Shown here: in pieces, positions 21,206-30,483 of the stretch | Position numbering within the stretch: the first letter of the stretch is position 1 | How the letters are laid out: every line of letters starts with the position of its first letter | Assembly (NCBI GenBank): GCA_000002435.2 | Contig: CM018793.1 | DNA from: Giardia intestinalis | Taxonomy: Eukaryota | Reading direction: 5' to 3' (one strand) | DNA: 64,000 nt | Notes under the pieces: generated by a model | Told to the model about the DNA's origin: nothing | The model's database searches: none | The model's input: only the letters and a program-made list of their open reading frames with translations | Position numbers and translations under genes: made by a program

Positions 21206-22414
21206 CTATAGGTTATCATTGGACCTGTGAGAAATAACAGCATCAATGGACTCTGCAATCATTTGACGTACTTGTCCAACAGTTGGACGATTGTGATCTT
21301 GTGAAAGGGACCGCTCGGCATTGAGTTGTGCTTGAGTTCGCCTTTGCATGGCTTGGAAATCAAGATGGTCTACCTTTCGGATAATGTCTGCCTCTATGTT
21401 AGATAGGCGAGAACCAAAAGATTGTATTTCGCGGAGTATTTGACTGTAGGTCTTAGTGGTTTCCTCAGGACCATCTGAACGCAGCAATTTGACATCTGCC
21501 ATGGCAGCGTCTGCCGATGCACAGGCTTTAGATATGGTGGCCGTATTGGCCCTCACCAGTACTTCTAGCTCGCTGATTTGCTCCTGAAGCTTATCCATTA
21601 CTACAGAAACGCTCGTGCGAATAGTTTCTTCGAGTGCTTGCTGCTGAGCGATAATTTTCAATTCTATCTTAGACATGCGACTCAGTATACCATCGTCTGC
21701 AGATACTTCTTGCTTAAATTGATTGAAGGTCTCTGCTTTTAGGTAGGGATCGAGAATTGCAGGCAACCTGGTGATATCTACCTTTGCAAGCAATGCGTCT
21801 GACACGCTCTCTGCATCTGCCTTCTCACTCATAACATCAGCAAGGGATTCCTGGAGAGAGGTAACCATGCCGGCAATCTCTTCAAAGCGCTGCTTTATTG
21901 TTGCTATGACAGTGCGCTTGTTCGCCTTGCTTTGTAGTGCCTCTTCGATGGAGCTGATCTTGGCATAGATAGGGGACAGCTCCAGCGCAATTTGCTCTGC
22001 CAGTGCAACACTTAAACCGCCTTTGGAGACTCTATCCTTTGGAGAAAAGTCTTGGAGGGATTCTTGCAATTCGGAGAGTAACTGTTGCTTTAGCTGATTT
22101 ATAAACGGAGCCGTCGGCTGCCAGAGATTGTTTAATACCTGTGTGATTGATGCTTTCAGTGTGTCGTAGTCTCTGCTAGTAGGATAGTTAGCAAGCAGCT
22201 GAGTGGTTTTCAGGAGCTGTTCTCGCAGAAGAGCGTTCTCTGATTGCAGGTTCGCGCACTTTTTCTCTACCTCCGTGCACTTCACCTCCAGTAGAGAAAT
22301 GCTCGAACGTATCTGCTGTAGCTCCTTTGTAACTATGTCTGGGATGTTGTAAAAGGGATCTTCACGAGCATGAGCCATGCTGCACGCCGAAGGAACGCTC
22401 TTTTTTAATCCCAC
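21206..22414 (-). CDS. Coiled-coil protein (hypothetical, possibly cytoskeletal)
   Basis: 402 aa; heptad-like, Leu/Glu/Gln/Lys-rich sequence throughout ('LEVKCTEVEKKCANLQSENALLREQLLKTTQLL'). Confidence 0.45.
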   Translation of the reverse strand: MGLKKSVPSACSMAHAREDPFYNIPDIVTKELQQIRSSISLLEVKCTEVEKKCANLQSENALLREQLLKTTQLLANYPTSRDYDTLKASITQVLNNLWQPTAPFINQLKQQLLSELQESLQDFSPKDRVSKGGLSVALAEQIALELSPIYAKISSIEEALQSKANKRTVIATIKQRFEEIAGMVTSLQESLADVMSEKADAESVSDALLAKVDITRLPAILDPYLKAETFNQFKQEVSADDGILSRMSKIELKIIAQQQALEETIRTSVSVVMDKLQEQISELEVLVRANTATISKACASADAAMADVKLLRSDGPEETTKTYSQILREIQSFGSRLSNIEADIIRKVDHLDFQAMQRRTQAQLNAERSLSQDHNRPTVGQVRQMIAESIDAVISHRSNDNL

Positions 22415-22471
22415 AACCAGCCCCTCCCAGAAGTAGGCTGCAAGGAAATGCCAGTCAATAAATTCACAGGG

Positions 22472-23224
22472 TCACGCGGCTGTGCCAGCGGAGAGCTTAG
22501 ACTTCTTCCCCAGATCGCGTGTGCTATGCCGCTCTACATGCACGCGGTACGTGTCGCCCGTCGTTTTAATTCCGACTATGATGTTGCGTTCTCCGTACTT
22601 GCTACATGCCATCGCTGTAAAAAGAGCAGCCACAACAGTCTGAAGAACAAAGGACCAAGAGGCAAGGACACACATGACGACACCAATAAAAGTGTTTGTA
22701 CTGTTGGTAACGACGCTTCCGTTGTTGTCAAACACAGCGAAAAGAGGCTTCTTTGCGGGTCCTTCCCCATCGAGGCCCATCTTGACCAGTTTGTCGATGA
22801 AGTTGGTAAATGAGGAAATGTCGACATCCTCTGGGACGAGAGAAATAACAAAGCTGAGAGTCTCCTTTGGCCGGCATATGATGTAGTAGACAGAAATAAG
22901 GAAGGAGAGTCCGAAAAAGACAAGATGCGAAATAATCCATCCGGATTTGAAGGCCAGATTCAAACGAAGCCGAGTCATCTCCACAATGTAGAGATATAGA
23001 AATCCAATAGGGATGGCGAAGATAGCGATGATATCGAGGATCTCTGATTGAAATGTAAAGCTCTTGGTGATGACGCCCTGGATGTCATATGTATAATTCC
23101 CAAAACCCAAGAAGAAGACCAGGGTGGTACAGGCAATAACGACAATGCACGCAAAAGAGCCAACTCTAGTGCTAGATGGTATCGTTAGCAAGACACGAGT
23201 AACTGCCATTTTTTGACGCCCCAA
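22472..23224 (-). CDS. Hypothetical multi-pass membrane protein
   Basis: 250 aa with about 5-6 hydrophobic segments. Confidence 0.4.
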   Translation of the reverse strand: MGRQKMAVTRVLLTIPSSTRVGSFACIVVIACTTLVFFLGFGNYTYDIQGVITKSFTFQSEILDIIAIFAIPIGFLYLYIVEMTRLRLNLAFKSGWIISHLVFFGLSFLISVYYIICRPKETLSFVISLVPEDVDISSFTNFIDKLVKMGLDGEGPAKKPLFAVFDNNGSVVTNSTNTFIGVVMCVLASWSFVLQTVVAALFTAMACSKYGERNIIVGIKTTGDTYRVHVERHSTRDLGKKSKLSAGTAA

Positions 23225-23559
23225 TTATTCGCCACACGCACACGTCACTCGGAACTGTGTGCAAGTCTTATTTGTTTTTCGATTCATATACTGCCCTCCC
23301 TTATTAACTAACAATCCTAGCAGCTTTATTCGCGTTCTGTATCATTGTCAGACAGGTTTATAATGTATGCCGTTTATAATAGAATCTTATCAGCATGTTG
23401 AGCAGCACTTGTTCTGGATAGGGAGTATCATCAATTGTCCCATGTTCCTCTTTGATGGGTACCAATGGGTACATCCCCTGTCGCTACTTTGCAAGTTTTC
23501 ACTTTGTCTCAGATTCACACTTTAGAGGTAAGCTTTCTAAGGTCATAAAGTAGCGCCAC

Positions 23560-25998
23560 TCAGTTCTTCTTTCGGAAAACGAAAAACCAAACCAGCACAG
23601 CCGCCACACCGCCGACGACAAGGACCACGCCGATGGCGATGCCAGAGATGGCCCCCGACGAGAGGGCGGACTTTTTGGAGGTGTTGTCGTACTCCAGACA
23701 TATGGGTGTGGCTGCACCCTCTGGAACCACGCAGAGGCTGCACTTGGAGATCACCTTGTGACACGCCTTGCACGTGCTCTCGGAGAAGTAGTACCCGGCC
23801 AGGCAGTCGAAGCATGCCTCCCCATGAGGACAGGTGGCGCAGCCCTTGGAGCACGCCTTGCACGCCCCCTTCTCCAGGTAGAACCCGCTGTTGCAGGCGC
23901 TGCAGACCCCACCGCTACACGTTGCACAGTTCGTCGGGCATGTAAGGAGCGTTCCGTTGTACGTTATCCCGTACCCGGCCACGGTGCTATCACACCAGCC
24001 GTCGCTCGCCTTCGTGCAGACAGTCTTCCCGGGGAGGAGCGTGGAGGTGTAGCACCCCCCGTTGAGGCTGAAGGAGTTCGAGCTGCAGAGAGCACATCTA
24101 CCGGCGGCGACATTCGCGCACGCGATGCCAGCCGCCCGCGAGCTGGAGGAGGTGCACGCCCCGTTGTTGGGGTACTCCGTGCTCTTGACACAGCGCGAGC
24201 AGTAGCTGGTCCCGCCCACCGTGAGCCCGCACTCTGCGCAGCTGCTGTCCTGCACGCACTGCGGGACGCACGATCCCTTGGCACCGTCGCTGTACTCCAA
24301 CCGCTTCCTGACAGGGCAGGAGGTGCAGTCATCGGATGCCGGTCCGCTGCACGTGGCGCACTCAGAGCTACACGGCTTGCATCCTCCCGAGCCCTCGACG
24401 TAGAACCCGTCCCTGCACGTCTTGCACTTGGATTCCGACTCGCAGACTGCGCAGTTGCCGAGCGTGCACGCCACGCACCTCGAGACGCCGCCCACGGTGG
24501 CCTTGTAGTACCCGGCGGAGCCCAAGCAGTCCTTCACGCACAGACCGTGGAGGTCGAGGCTGTTGTCATCGGTACACTTTGTGCACACGTCTCTGTCCTC
24601 GCACGTGTCGCAGTTGGGGTCCTTGCACTTGGTCGCCACGCACTGACTGCCGGAGAGTGTGTAGCCATACTTGCACCTCTTACAGCTCGACTCGTCGCAC
24701 TCAGCGCAGTTCTCCACCGCGCACCCGACGCACTTCCCGTCCTTCAGATAGGACCCGTCATCGCATGTGCAGATGTGGATCGAGGATGAGGACCCCTGTA
24801 TGCCCTTCTGCCCCTTGGGACAGCTGGCCAGGCAGCTCCTCTTATCCAGGCTCAGGTAGAGGTCGCGGCACTCCAGACACTGAAGACCACTGTCCTTCAT
24901 CTCACACCTTTGGCATCCCTCTATTCCCCCGTTGGCTGAGTCCCCGCAGCGCCAGCATCCGTTGTTCTTGGTGAACACCTCTTTGGTTGAACTGTTACAT
25001 GTGGTGCAAACGTTGCCCTGCATTGCTTGACAAATCTGAGATTCTATTCGACCCGAAACATCTTTAAATAAGTAGCATCCACCATAAAACAAGAAGTATT
25101 GCCTTTTGCCCTCATTCTTACAAGACGTACACCTTCCCGATTCAGGATCCTTTACGCAAATGTCTTCAAACTCAGTTATTGATAGACAGAGGCCATTCAG
25201 AGGTATTTCTAACGGGTTGGTGCAGCGAGAGCATAGAGCTTGCCCAGACATCTCCATGATATTCTCCGGTAGACAGATGCTGTTGCTTATTGGAGTATCT
25301 CTGGCATAACAAGCATAAAAGCTCCAAATGTGTGTTTCGGGACAGTATCCACAAAGACCATTGCTTGCACCTTCAGTGATGTGCTTACATCGATAATCAT
25401 ACGAGCATGTATTTTTGTGGTCTGAACATTGGTAGCAATTTGGGACCACTTCTTGCTTTATCCTTGAAGAGTTACAAACTAGACACCCATATATCCCACT
25501 ATATCCACCAAAACCCACAGTGTCTCCGCATGAGATGCATCGCTCGGGAGCGCTAGTGTTGGGGTTGGTGAGGACTGCAGATGGGCGCATTCCGTTTGCT
25601 TTTGCACATTCTACACATATCCCCTTTTCTGCTCGTTCACAAATGAACTTTGTCCAGTCTTGAGATAAATTATAGCACCCACCGTAAAAGACAAAATGGT
25701 CATCGCCGCACTTAGTGCACCATCCGCCTGTTTGAGATTTAGCACAGCCAGACCGAGTAGCCTTGGAATCTCCAGCCAGAACACACTTGCCATCAATCGG
25801 TACGTATCCAGACTCGCATTCTGTACAAAGAAATTGCGAGATTACACCCAATATGCAACTATTTGGAAGGCAATTTGGTATTTTACCTTCGCAGAAGTAT
25901 CCAAACCCATTGCGATATATAGGTGCCTCTTCAGAGAAGAACTCTGCCAGAAGACAGACCAATAGCAGAACTGATAAAGATCGTGACATGCTGAGCAT
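23560..25998 (-). CDS. High-cysteine membrane protein (HCMP; VSP-like ectodomain, type I membrane protein with short KKN cytoplasmic tail)
   Basis: Signal peptide 'MLSMSRSLSVLLLVCLLA'; dense CXXC/CXC motifs and VSP-type 'GGCY' motifs; C-terminal TM 'IAIGVVLVVGGVAAVLVWFFVF' followed by 'RKKN' rather than CRGKA. Confidence 0.8.
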   Translation of the reverse strand: MLSMSRSLSVLLLVCLLAEFFSEEAPIYRNGFGYFCEGKIPNCLPNSCILGVISQFLCTECESGYVPIDGKCVLAGDSKATRSGCAKSQTGGWCTKCGDDHFVFYGGCYNLSQDWTKFICERAEKGICVECAKANGMRPSAVLTNPNTSAPERCISCGDTVGFGGYSGIYGCLVCNSSRIKQEVVPNCYQCSDHKNTCSYDYRCKHITEGASNGLCGYCPETHIWSFYACYARDTPISNSICLPENIMEMSGQALCSRCTNPLEIPLNGLCLSITEFEDICVKDPESGRCTSCKNEGKRQYFLFYGGCYLFKDVSGRIESQICQAMQGNVCTTCNSSTKEVFTKNNGCWRCGDSANGGIEGCQRCEMKDSGLQCLECRDLYLSLDKRSCLASCPKGQKGIQGSSSSIHICTCDDGSYLKDGKCVGCAVENCAECDESSCKRCKYGYTLSGSQCVATKCKDPNCDTCEDRDVCTKCTDDNSLDLHGLCVKDCLGSAGYYKATVGGVSRCVACTLGNCAVCESESKCKTCRDGFYVEGSGGCKPCSSECATCSGPASDDCTSCPVRKRLEYSDGAKGSCVPQCVQDSSCAECGLTVGGTSYCSRCVKSTEYPNNGACTSSSSRAAGIACANVAAGRCALCSSNSFSLNGGCYTSTLLPGKTVCTKASDGWCDSTVAGYGITYNGTLLTCPTNCATCSGGVCSACNSGFYLEKGACKACSKGCATCPHGEACFDCLAGYYFSESTCKACHKVISKCSLCVVPEGAATPICLEYDNTSKKSALSSGAISGIAIGVVLVVGGVAAVLVWFFVFRKKN

Positions 25999-27569
25999 TA
26001 TTATTTATCAAATACCTATAGAATTTACATGCAATGAAGTAAGCAGGTTATTGGGAAACCAGTTTCAGAAACAAGATTATTGAATCAACCTCCCTCACGA
26101 TCCCTGGAAGAAGAGCATGGGCGCGTTATTTGTAGAAAAACTCACTCTACTTACACGAATCACTCGGTTACACGACAGCCTAGACATAGACTGTCTAAGC
26201 TCCACAACAAAAGACGTCATTCTATTCTGCCTGTATTCATTGTTAAAGAGACTACTTACGCTACAGTATTGGCATATTGATGTCCTGGTGCTCCCGCAAG
26301 GTCTACGGTGCAGAGGGCTCCTCAGTGGAGATGCACTGGACGAACGCGTCTGGCACATAATGTATCTCACCAAGGGCTCTTCAGCTTCATGAACACCATT
26401 TCGGGTCGTGAGTGGGCACCTGTGGGCAGGCTCTTAGGGAGCTGCATGGCTTCAGGTAGTTGTCCATTCTATGACCTGGACAAGTCACGCGCCAAGGGCC
26501 AGCACTAACACCTCTGATAAGTAGGGTGCTATGAGGATAGCACTCCAAGGTCCGCTGGATGTCTGGGAGCACCAGCTCGCCAGAAGGCATCATTTGCCAG
26601 CACAGGCTATCCAGGTCTTCTTTTCTGAAAGGGATCGTGGCCATGGGGTTGTGTCTTTCTGCCCACCGGTGCCTCATTGTCCACAAGGCCCTCAATGCTT
26701 GAAGCATCGAGCCCAGAAGATGTCCAGTCATCAGAGTGCTGGCCCCTGCAATGACCGTTCGAGACTCTTCAGCGCAGATCCAGTGTCGGGAGAATCTTCA
26801 TCTCTTTCCAGAGGCACAGCACATCCAGCGAATCGTCGTCTGAGGCCTTCCCTGCACCCACTCAACAGTCTCTATAGAGGGGCCTGACACGTGACCCTCT
26901 GCAGGCTGTGCTGATTAAGGGTGCTGCTATTGCGTGATGGCATGGTCCTCCTCTCCCTTACCTGTAGGTGAGACAGCCGATCACTACCAGCCTTTCGTAC
27001 CCGCTGACGTGCACGGCACAGCAAGACCATTGACTGCATGCTACCGTGTTCACCTATGAACCGGGCGTGGGCAGAGCAGGGTGTCGCGGTCTGGTGGTGC
27101 CCAGAAGCTATGCAGAGGCAATGGGCCTTCGGTAGAGATGGCCTCAGGTAGAAGCTCGGTTGCACAGATGGAATGCAAGGTGGAGCACAATAGAATCCAT
27201 GTAACTTCTCGCAGAGTATGTATCTGGCTTTCGGACGCTAATAATGACGCCACTTTTGTACTCATTTGTATGAAGAAGTACATTGGTTGTGCTTCTATGT
27301 TTCAGTTACACAAAGACAAAGCATAAGAGCTGCCAGATGGCCATCACTACTCTGTAGCTAAAGAATGAAGTATACGATGCTTCCATATGGGCCCTTACGG
27401 GTATGCATACTGTCAATCTATCGACTAATATGTCGTGCTGTTGCATGTCATGGAAGCGATGCCAGATGATCATCTTGCAAACAATCAAGTATGATATTGC
27501 GGTAAAATATACGGAGAAGAGTCACGTTTCGTAATGACAGCCAACAGCTGCATACTATTGAATTTACAA

Positions 27570-28391
27570 TCAGGACTTCTTCTCCAGTCCGAATGACTTC
27601 TTCATCCACGAGAAGGTGCTAAACTTGGGTGTTGCAGGGACTGTGAGCTTTTTAGCAGACTTTGCCGGCACAAAAGGGTGCTCAACCTTATGCCATTCAC
27701 GAGCCCGAAAGCGGTTCTTTTCATACTCTTCCTTCAGATCCCTGAGCTCATTTTCATGTATCACCCGTTTTCTTTCCTCCTCTTCGCGCTTTTCTTGTTC
27801 CATCTTCTTCTTCACAAAATCGTCAAATGCTTGCCTTTTCACTGCCTGCATAGCTGTGTGTAAACGAACGTGGTGGGCCTCGCGCAAGTTCTGAGTTTGT
27901 ACGTTGTGGTGGCACTCGTCAGTGACAGACTCGTCACCGTTGTACGGATCAACTAGTGGCATTGATTTCTTTGCAATGAAAGGGACACGTATGCTACGCA
28001 TAAATCTCATAAAGTAGTTGCTTGATGCTTGGGGTCGTACGTGCTTGCTTCGACGATGATCCTGTTGCTTCCAGGCCGCAAACGCTTCGCGTTGCTCGTC
28101 AGTGTAGAAGTCCTTCGGGAGCTGAATAGGTTTATCAAATGAGTGCACCTTGTTAGCATTGCTGAGCCGGCTCTTTTGCACTCCACTTCGGGCTCGAAGC
28201 TCGTGGCTAATATTCAAAGCCAGCTTATCATCTGCTGTATCTTTGTGCTCTGCAAGGTTTTGCATGACCTTGCGCCGCATGCTCCTTGCAAGTTTCCACG
28301 ATTCGTTCATTTCCCTAATCTCTGAAAGTCGCCCCATGGAGACCGGTGCGACGCCTGCTCCCTGCCTGGGCATTTCAGTTTTCCATGGCAC
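27570..28391 (-). CDS. Hypothetical basic/charged protein
   Basis: 273 aa ORF; Lys/Arg/Glu-rich ('KKKMEQEKREEEERKRVIHENELRDLKEEYEK'). Confidence 0.4.
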   Translation of the reverse strand: MPWKTEMPRQGAGVAPVSMGRLSEIREMNESWKLARSMRRKVMQNLAEHKDTADDKLALNISHELRARSGVQKSRLSNANKVHSFDKPIQLPKDFYTDEQREAFAAWKQQDHRRSKHVRPQASSNYFMRFMRSIRVPFIAKKSMPLVDPYNGDESVTDECHHNVQTQNLREAHHVRLHTAMQAVKRQAFDDFVKKKMEQEKREEEERKRVIHENELRDLKEEYEKNRFRAREWHKVEHPFVPAKSAKKLTVPATPKFSTFSWMKKSFGLEKKS

Positions 28392-28439
28392 AAAAAAAAC
28401 GAGAGCGCAAAATCTCTGAGCAAAACTTTAAACTAAATT

Positions 28440-30413
28440 TTGATGAGTAGGAACACCACGTACCGTCTCATGTCGCAGACCAATGTAGACCCCAAGGACA
28501 TACCATTCATGCCGGGCACTGCATTTCCAGATCCTCACCGCACAAATTTCCCCGTGTCTCATTCTCTTGACATGGACCATAGGATCAAGACTCACGACGA
28601 CGAGAAGGCTCTTGCCGCACCAACAGGTCTAACGTCGGCATACACAGCTACTCTTGCTCCTATTGATTACGATGAGCGACGGGCTCTCCGCACAACTTGG
28701 ACGATGCGTCAACCCGCGGACTATCTTCAGTGGGGAGAGGGTCACACAAAGTCGATGACTGTTCGGGGTGAGTTTCTTCGCACAACTCGAGGGGCAATTG
28801 GATGCAGGACTAACTCATTAAATGCACTGATGGCATCGGGAGTACGACCGGATGCGACTCTTCTTCCGCGCACCCATGAAGAGGAGCGCCAGTTTGCTAG
28901 AAGCATACCAAAGTTCAAGCCTGAGCACGCTGTCCTCGACAGAGTGGTAATGCGCTTTTTCGCCTGGTTTATGGAAGATGTCTTTGAGTCCCAGTCCGAA
29001 AAGCGTCGTATCAGACACGTCTTTATTGACTACTACCTTGCGGACCGGACAATCCAGATTCAGGAACGCCCAGTCAAGAACTCTGGTATTCCACAGGGAG
29101 ACCTTGTTAAACGCCACCGCATTCCCCGTGATCACCGCGACGCATCTGCCGGATTTCTTAGCCTCGAGGATCTTCGTGTGGGTGACGCAGTCTGCATCTA
29201 TTCAAAGGTGTTTTACATCTATGGATGCAACGACTCCACGCGTCAGTTCCTGGAGTGCCAAGCCGCTCCGGGAGAAGTGATTCCACCGAACCTCCCCCCA
29301 GAAAGCATTCCTCAGGATCCTTATCTTGCAGAGCGTCAAGCCACTGAGATAGCGGTCATGCGCAAGACGCATGTCACACAGCACGTCCCCGAAGAGAAGC
29401 TGGCCAAGTTTCTGCGTCATGATCGTGAGGTGCTTCGCTTCTATGCTATTTGGGACAATAGGCACTTGGTCTACGGTGAGCTTCGCCAACTCATAATTCA
29501 TTTCTTCCTGGCAGATGATACCGTAGAGGTTTTGGAAGTCTTGCCACAGAATTCTGGCCGTGATCCATTCCCAGCCTTTCTTCGCAGGCAAAAGGTTCCG
29601 AAGCAGCACACGATGACGCAGTTCGCCGAGCATTCCCTCGTCACCAACGAGTTCTTCGGGGCCAGGGACTTCCGGATTGGGTCAGTGGTCTCAATCTACG
29701 GACGTCCTGTATATATTTATGACTGCGACAATTACACCCGCGAATACATGGTCAGGGAACTGGGTTATCCGCCTCAGGCCGTTCAGCCCATTAATAAGCA
29801 AGAGCTCATAGGCACTCCCGCGCAGCAGATGTCACTTACACAGCCTGCTAATCTCATGGGTAAAACACGAGCAGACATGTCTGCGCTCTTCCCAGCTGAT
29901 ATCCACCATATCGGGGCTGATGTGGATACCGTCGGCAGCTGCATCTCCATCCATCCGGATGCCCCACGCACGGACGTTCTTCGGTGGATCAAGTTTGGCA
30001 ATCTTTGCCTGAGGTTCCTTGCCAAGTTTGCCCCCTGTGATTGTAACAAACCCGTCCACATCACTCAGGCTGACAGGCAGTTTGTTATTTCTTATTTCTT
30101 TAGCGACGGCACTGTTTCTGTTTTTGAGCCGACTGAGACCACAACTCCTGGTTTTGGGTACAAGTTCCTGGAGCGCTCCCGGATCGTGAACGAAGCCGCC
30201 ACCGAGGCCCAAGACCTCGCAGGCACCGGGCTCCAAAGCAAAAAGAAGATCTACATAGACTTTACTGATCTTGATGTAGGAAAAGTGGTGGTTCTTAACG
30301 CACATTGCTTTGAAATTGTAGAGGCAGATGAGCGAACAAAGCGTATCGTGGAGGCATTGCGACAAGTGGACAACGACCTGAACAGATTTGATCCCAAGCC
30401 TTTCTTTGACTAA
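28440..30413 (+). CDS. Rib72/EFHC1-like flagellar protofilament-ribbon protein with three DM10 domains
   Basis: Three DM10-type repeats: 'RHVFIDYYLADRTIQIQERPVKNSGIPQGDLVKRHRIP', 'LIIHFFLADDTVEVLEVLPQNSGRDPFPAFLRRQKVP', 'FVISYFFSDGTVSVFEPTETTTPGFGYKFLERSRI', each followed by '...YIYxCdxxTR'-type segments; no EF-hand apparent at the C-terminus. Confidence 0.75.
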   Translation: MMSRNTTYRLMSQTNVDPKDIPFMPGTAFPDPHRTNFPVSHSLDMDHRIKTHDDEKALAAPTGLTSAYTATLAPIDYDERRALRTTWTMRQPADYLQWGEGHTKSMTVRGEFLRTTRGAIGCRTNSLNALMASGVRPDATLLPRTHEEERQFARSIPKFKPEHAVLDRVVMRFFAWFMEDVFESQSEKRRIRHVFIDYYLADRTIQIQERPVKNSGIPQGDLVKRHRIPRDHRDASAGFLSLEDLRVGDAVCIYSKVFYIYGCNDSTRQFLECQAAPGEVIPPNLPPESIPQDPYLAERQATEIAVMRKTHVTQHVPEEKLAKFLRHDREVLRFYAIWDNRHLVYGELRQLIIHFFLADDTVEVLEVLPQNSGRDPFPAFLRRQKVPKQHTMTQFAEHSLVTNEFFGARDFRIGSVVSIYGRPVYIYDCDNYTREYMVRELGYPPQAVQPINKQELIGTPAQQMSLTQPANLMGKTRADMSALFPADIHHIGADVDTVGSCISIHPDAPRTDVLRWIKFGNLCLRFLAKFAPCDCNKPVHITQADRQFVISYFFSDGTVSVFEPTETTTPGFGYKFLERSRIVNEAATEAQDLAGTGLQSKKKIYIDFTDLDVGKVVVLNAHCFEIVEADERTKRIVEALRQVDNDLNRFDPKPFFD

Positions 30414-30483
30414 GTCATTATGGTTACTTAAGTAAAGAACTTGCATAGTCTGTATTGAGTGATGTAATGTGCAGCAACCGCGA

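Noticed and set aside
23543-24974. Long antisense or alternate-frame ORFs (up to 343 aa) across the HCMP gene, and similar ones across the VSP at 54646-56708
   Set aside because: They are Ala/Arg/Pro-rich translations of the reverse or shifted frames of Cys-codon-rich GC sequence (TGC/GCA read in other frames stays open). They have no motifs and are entirely nested in strongly supported genes.
25999-27569. Possible rRNA or tRNA genes in the long ORF-free gaps
   Set aside because: No conserved rRNA stretches or convincing tRNA T-loop/cloverleaf elements could be recognised by eye. This cannot be excluded without covariance-model scanning (tRNAscan/Infernal).
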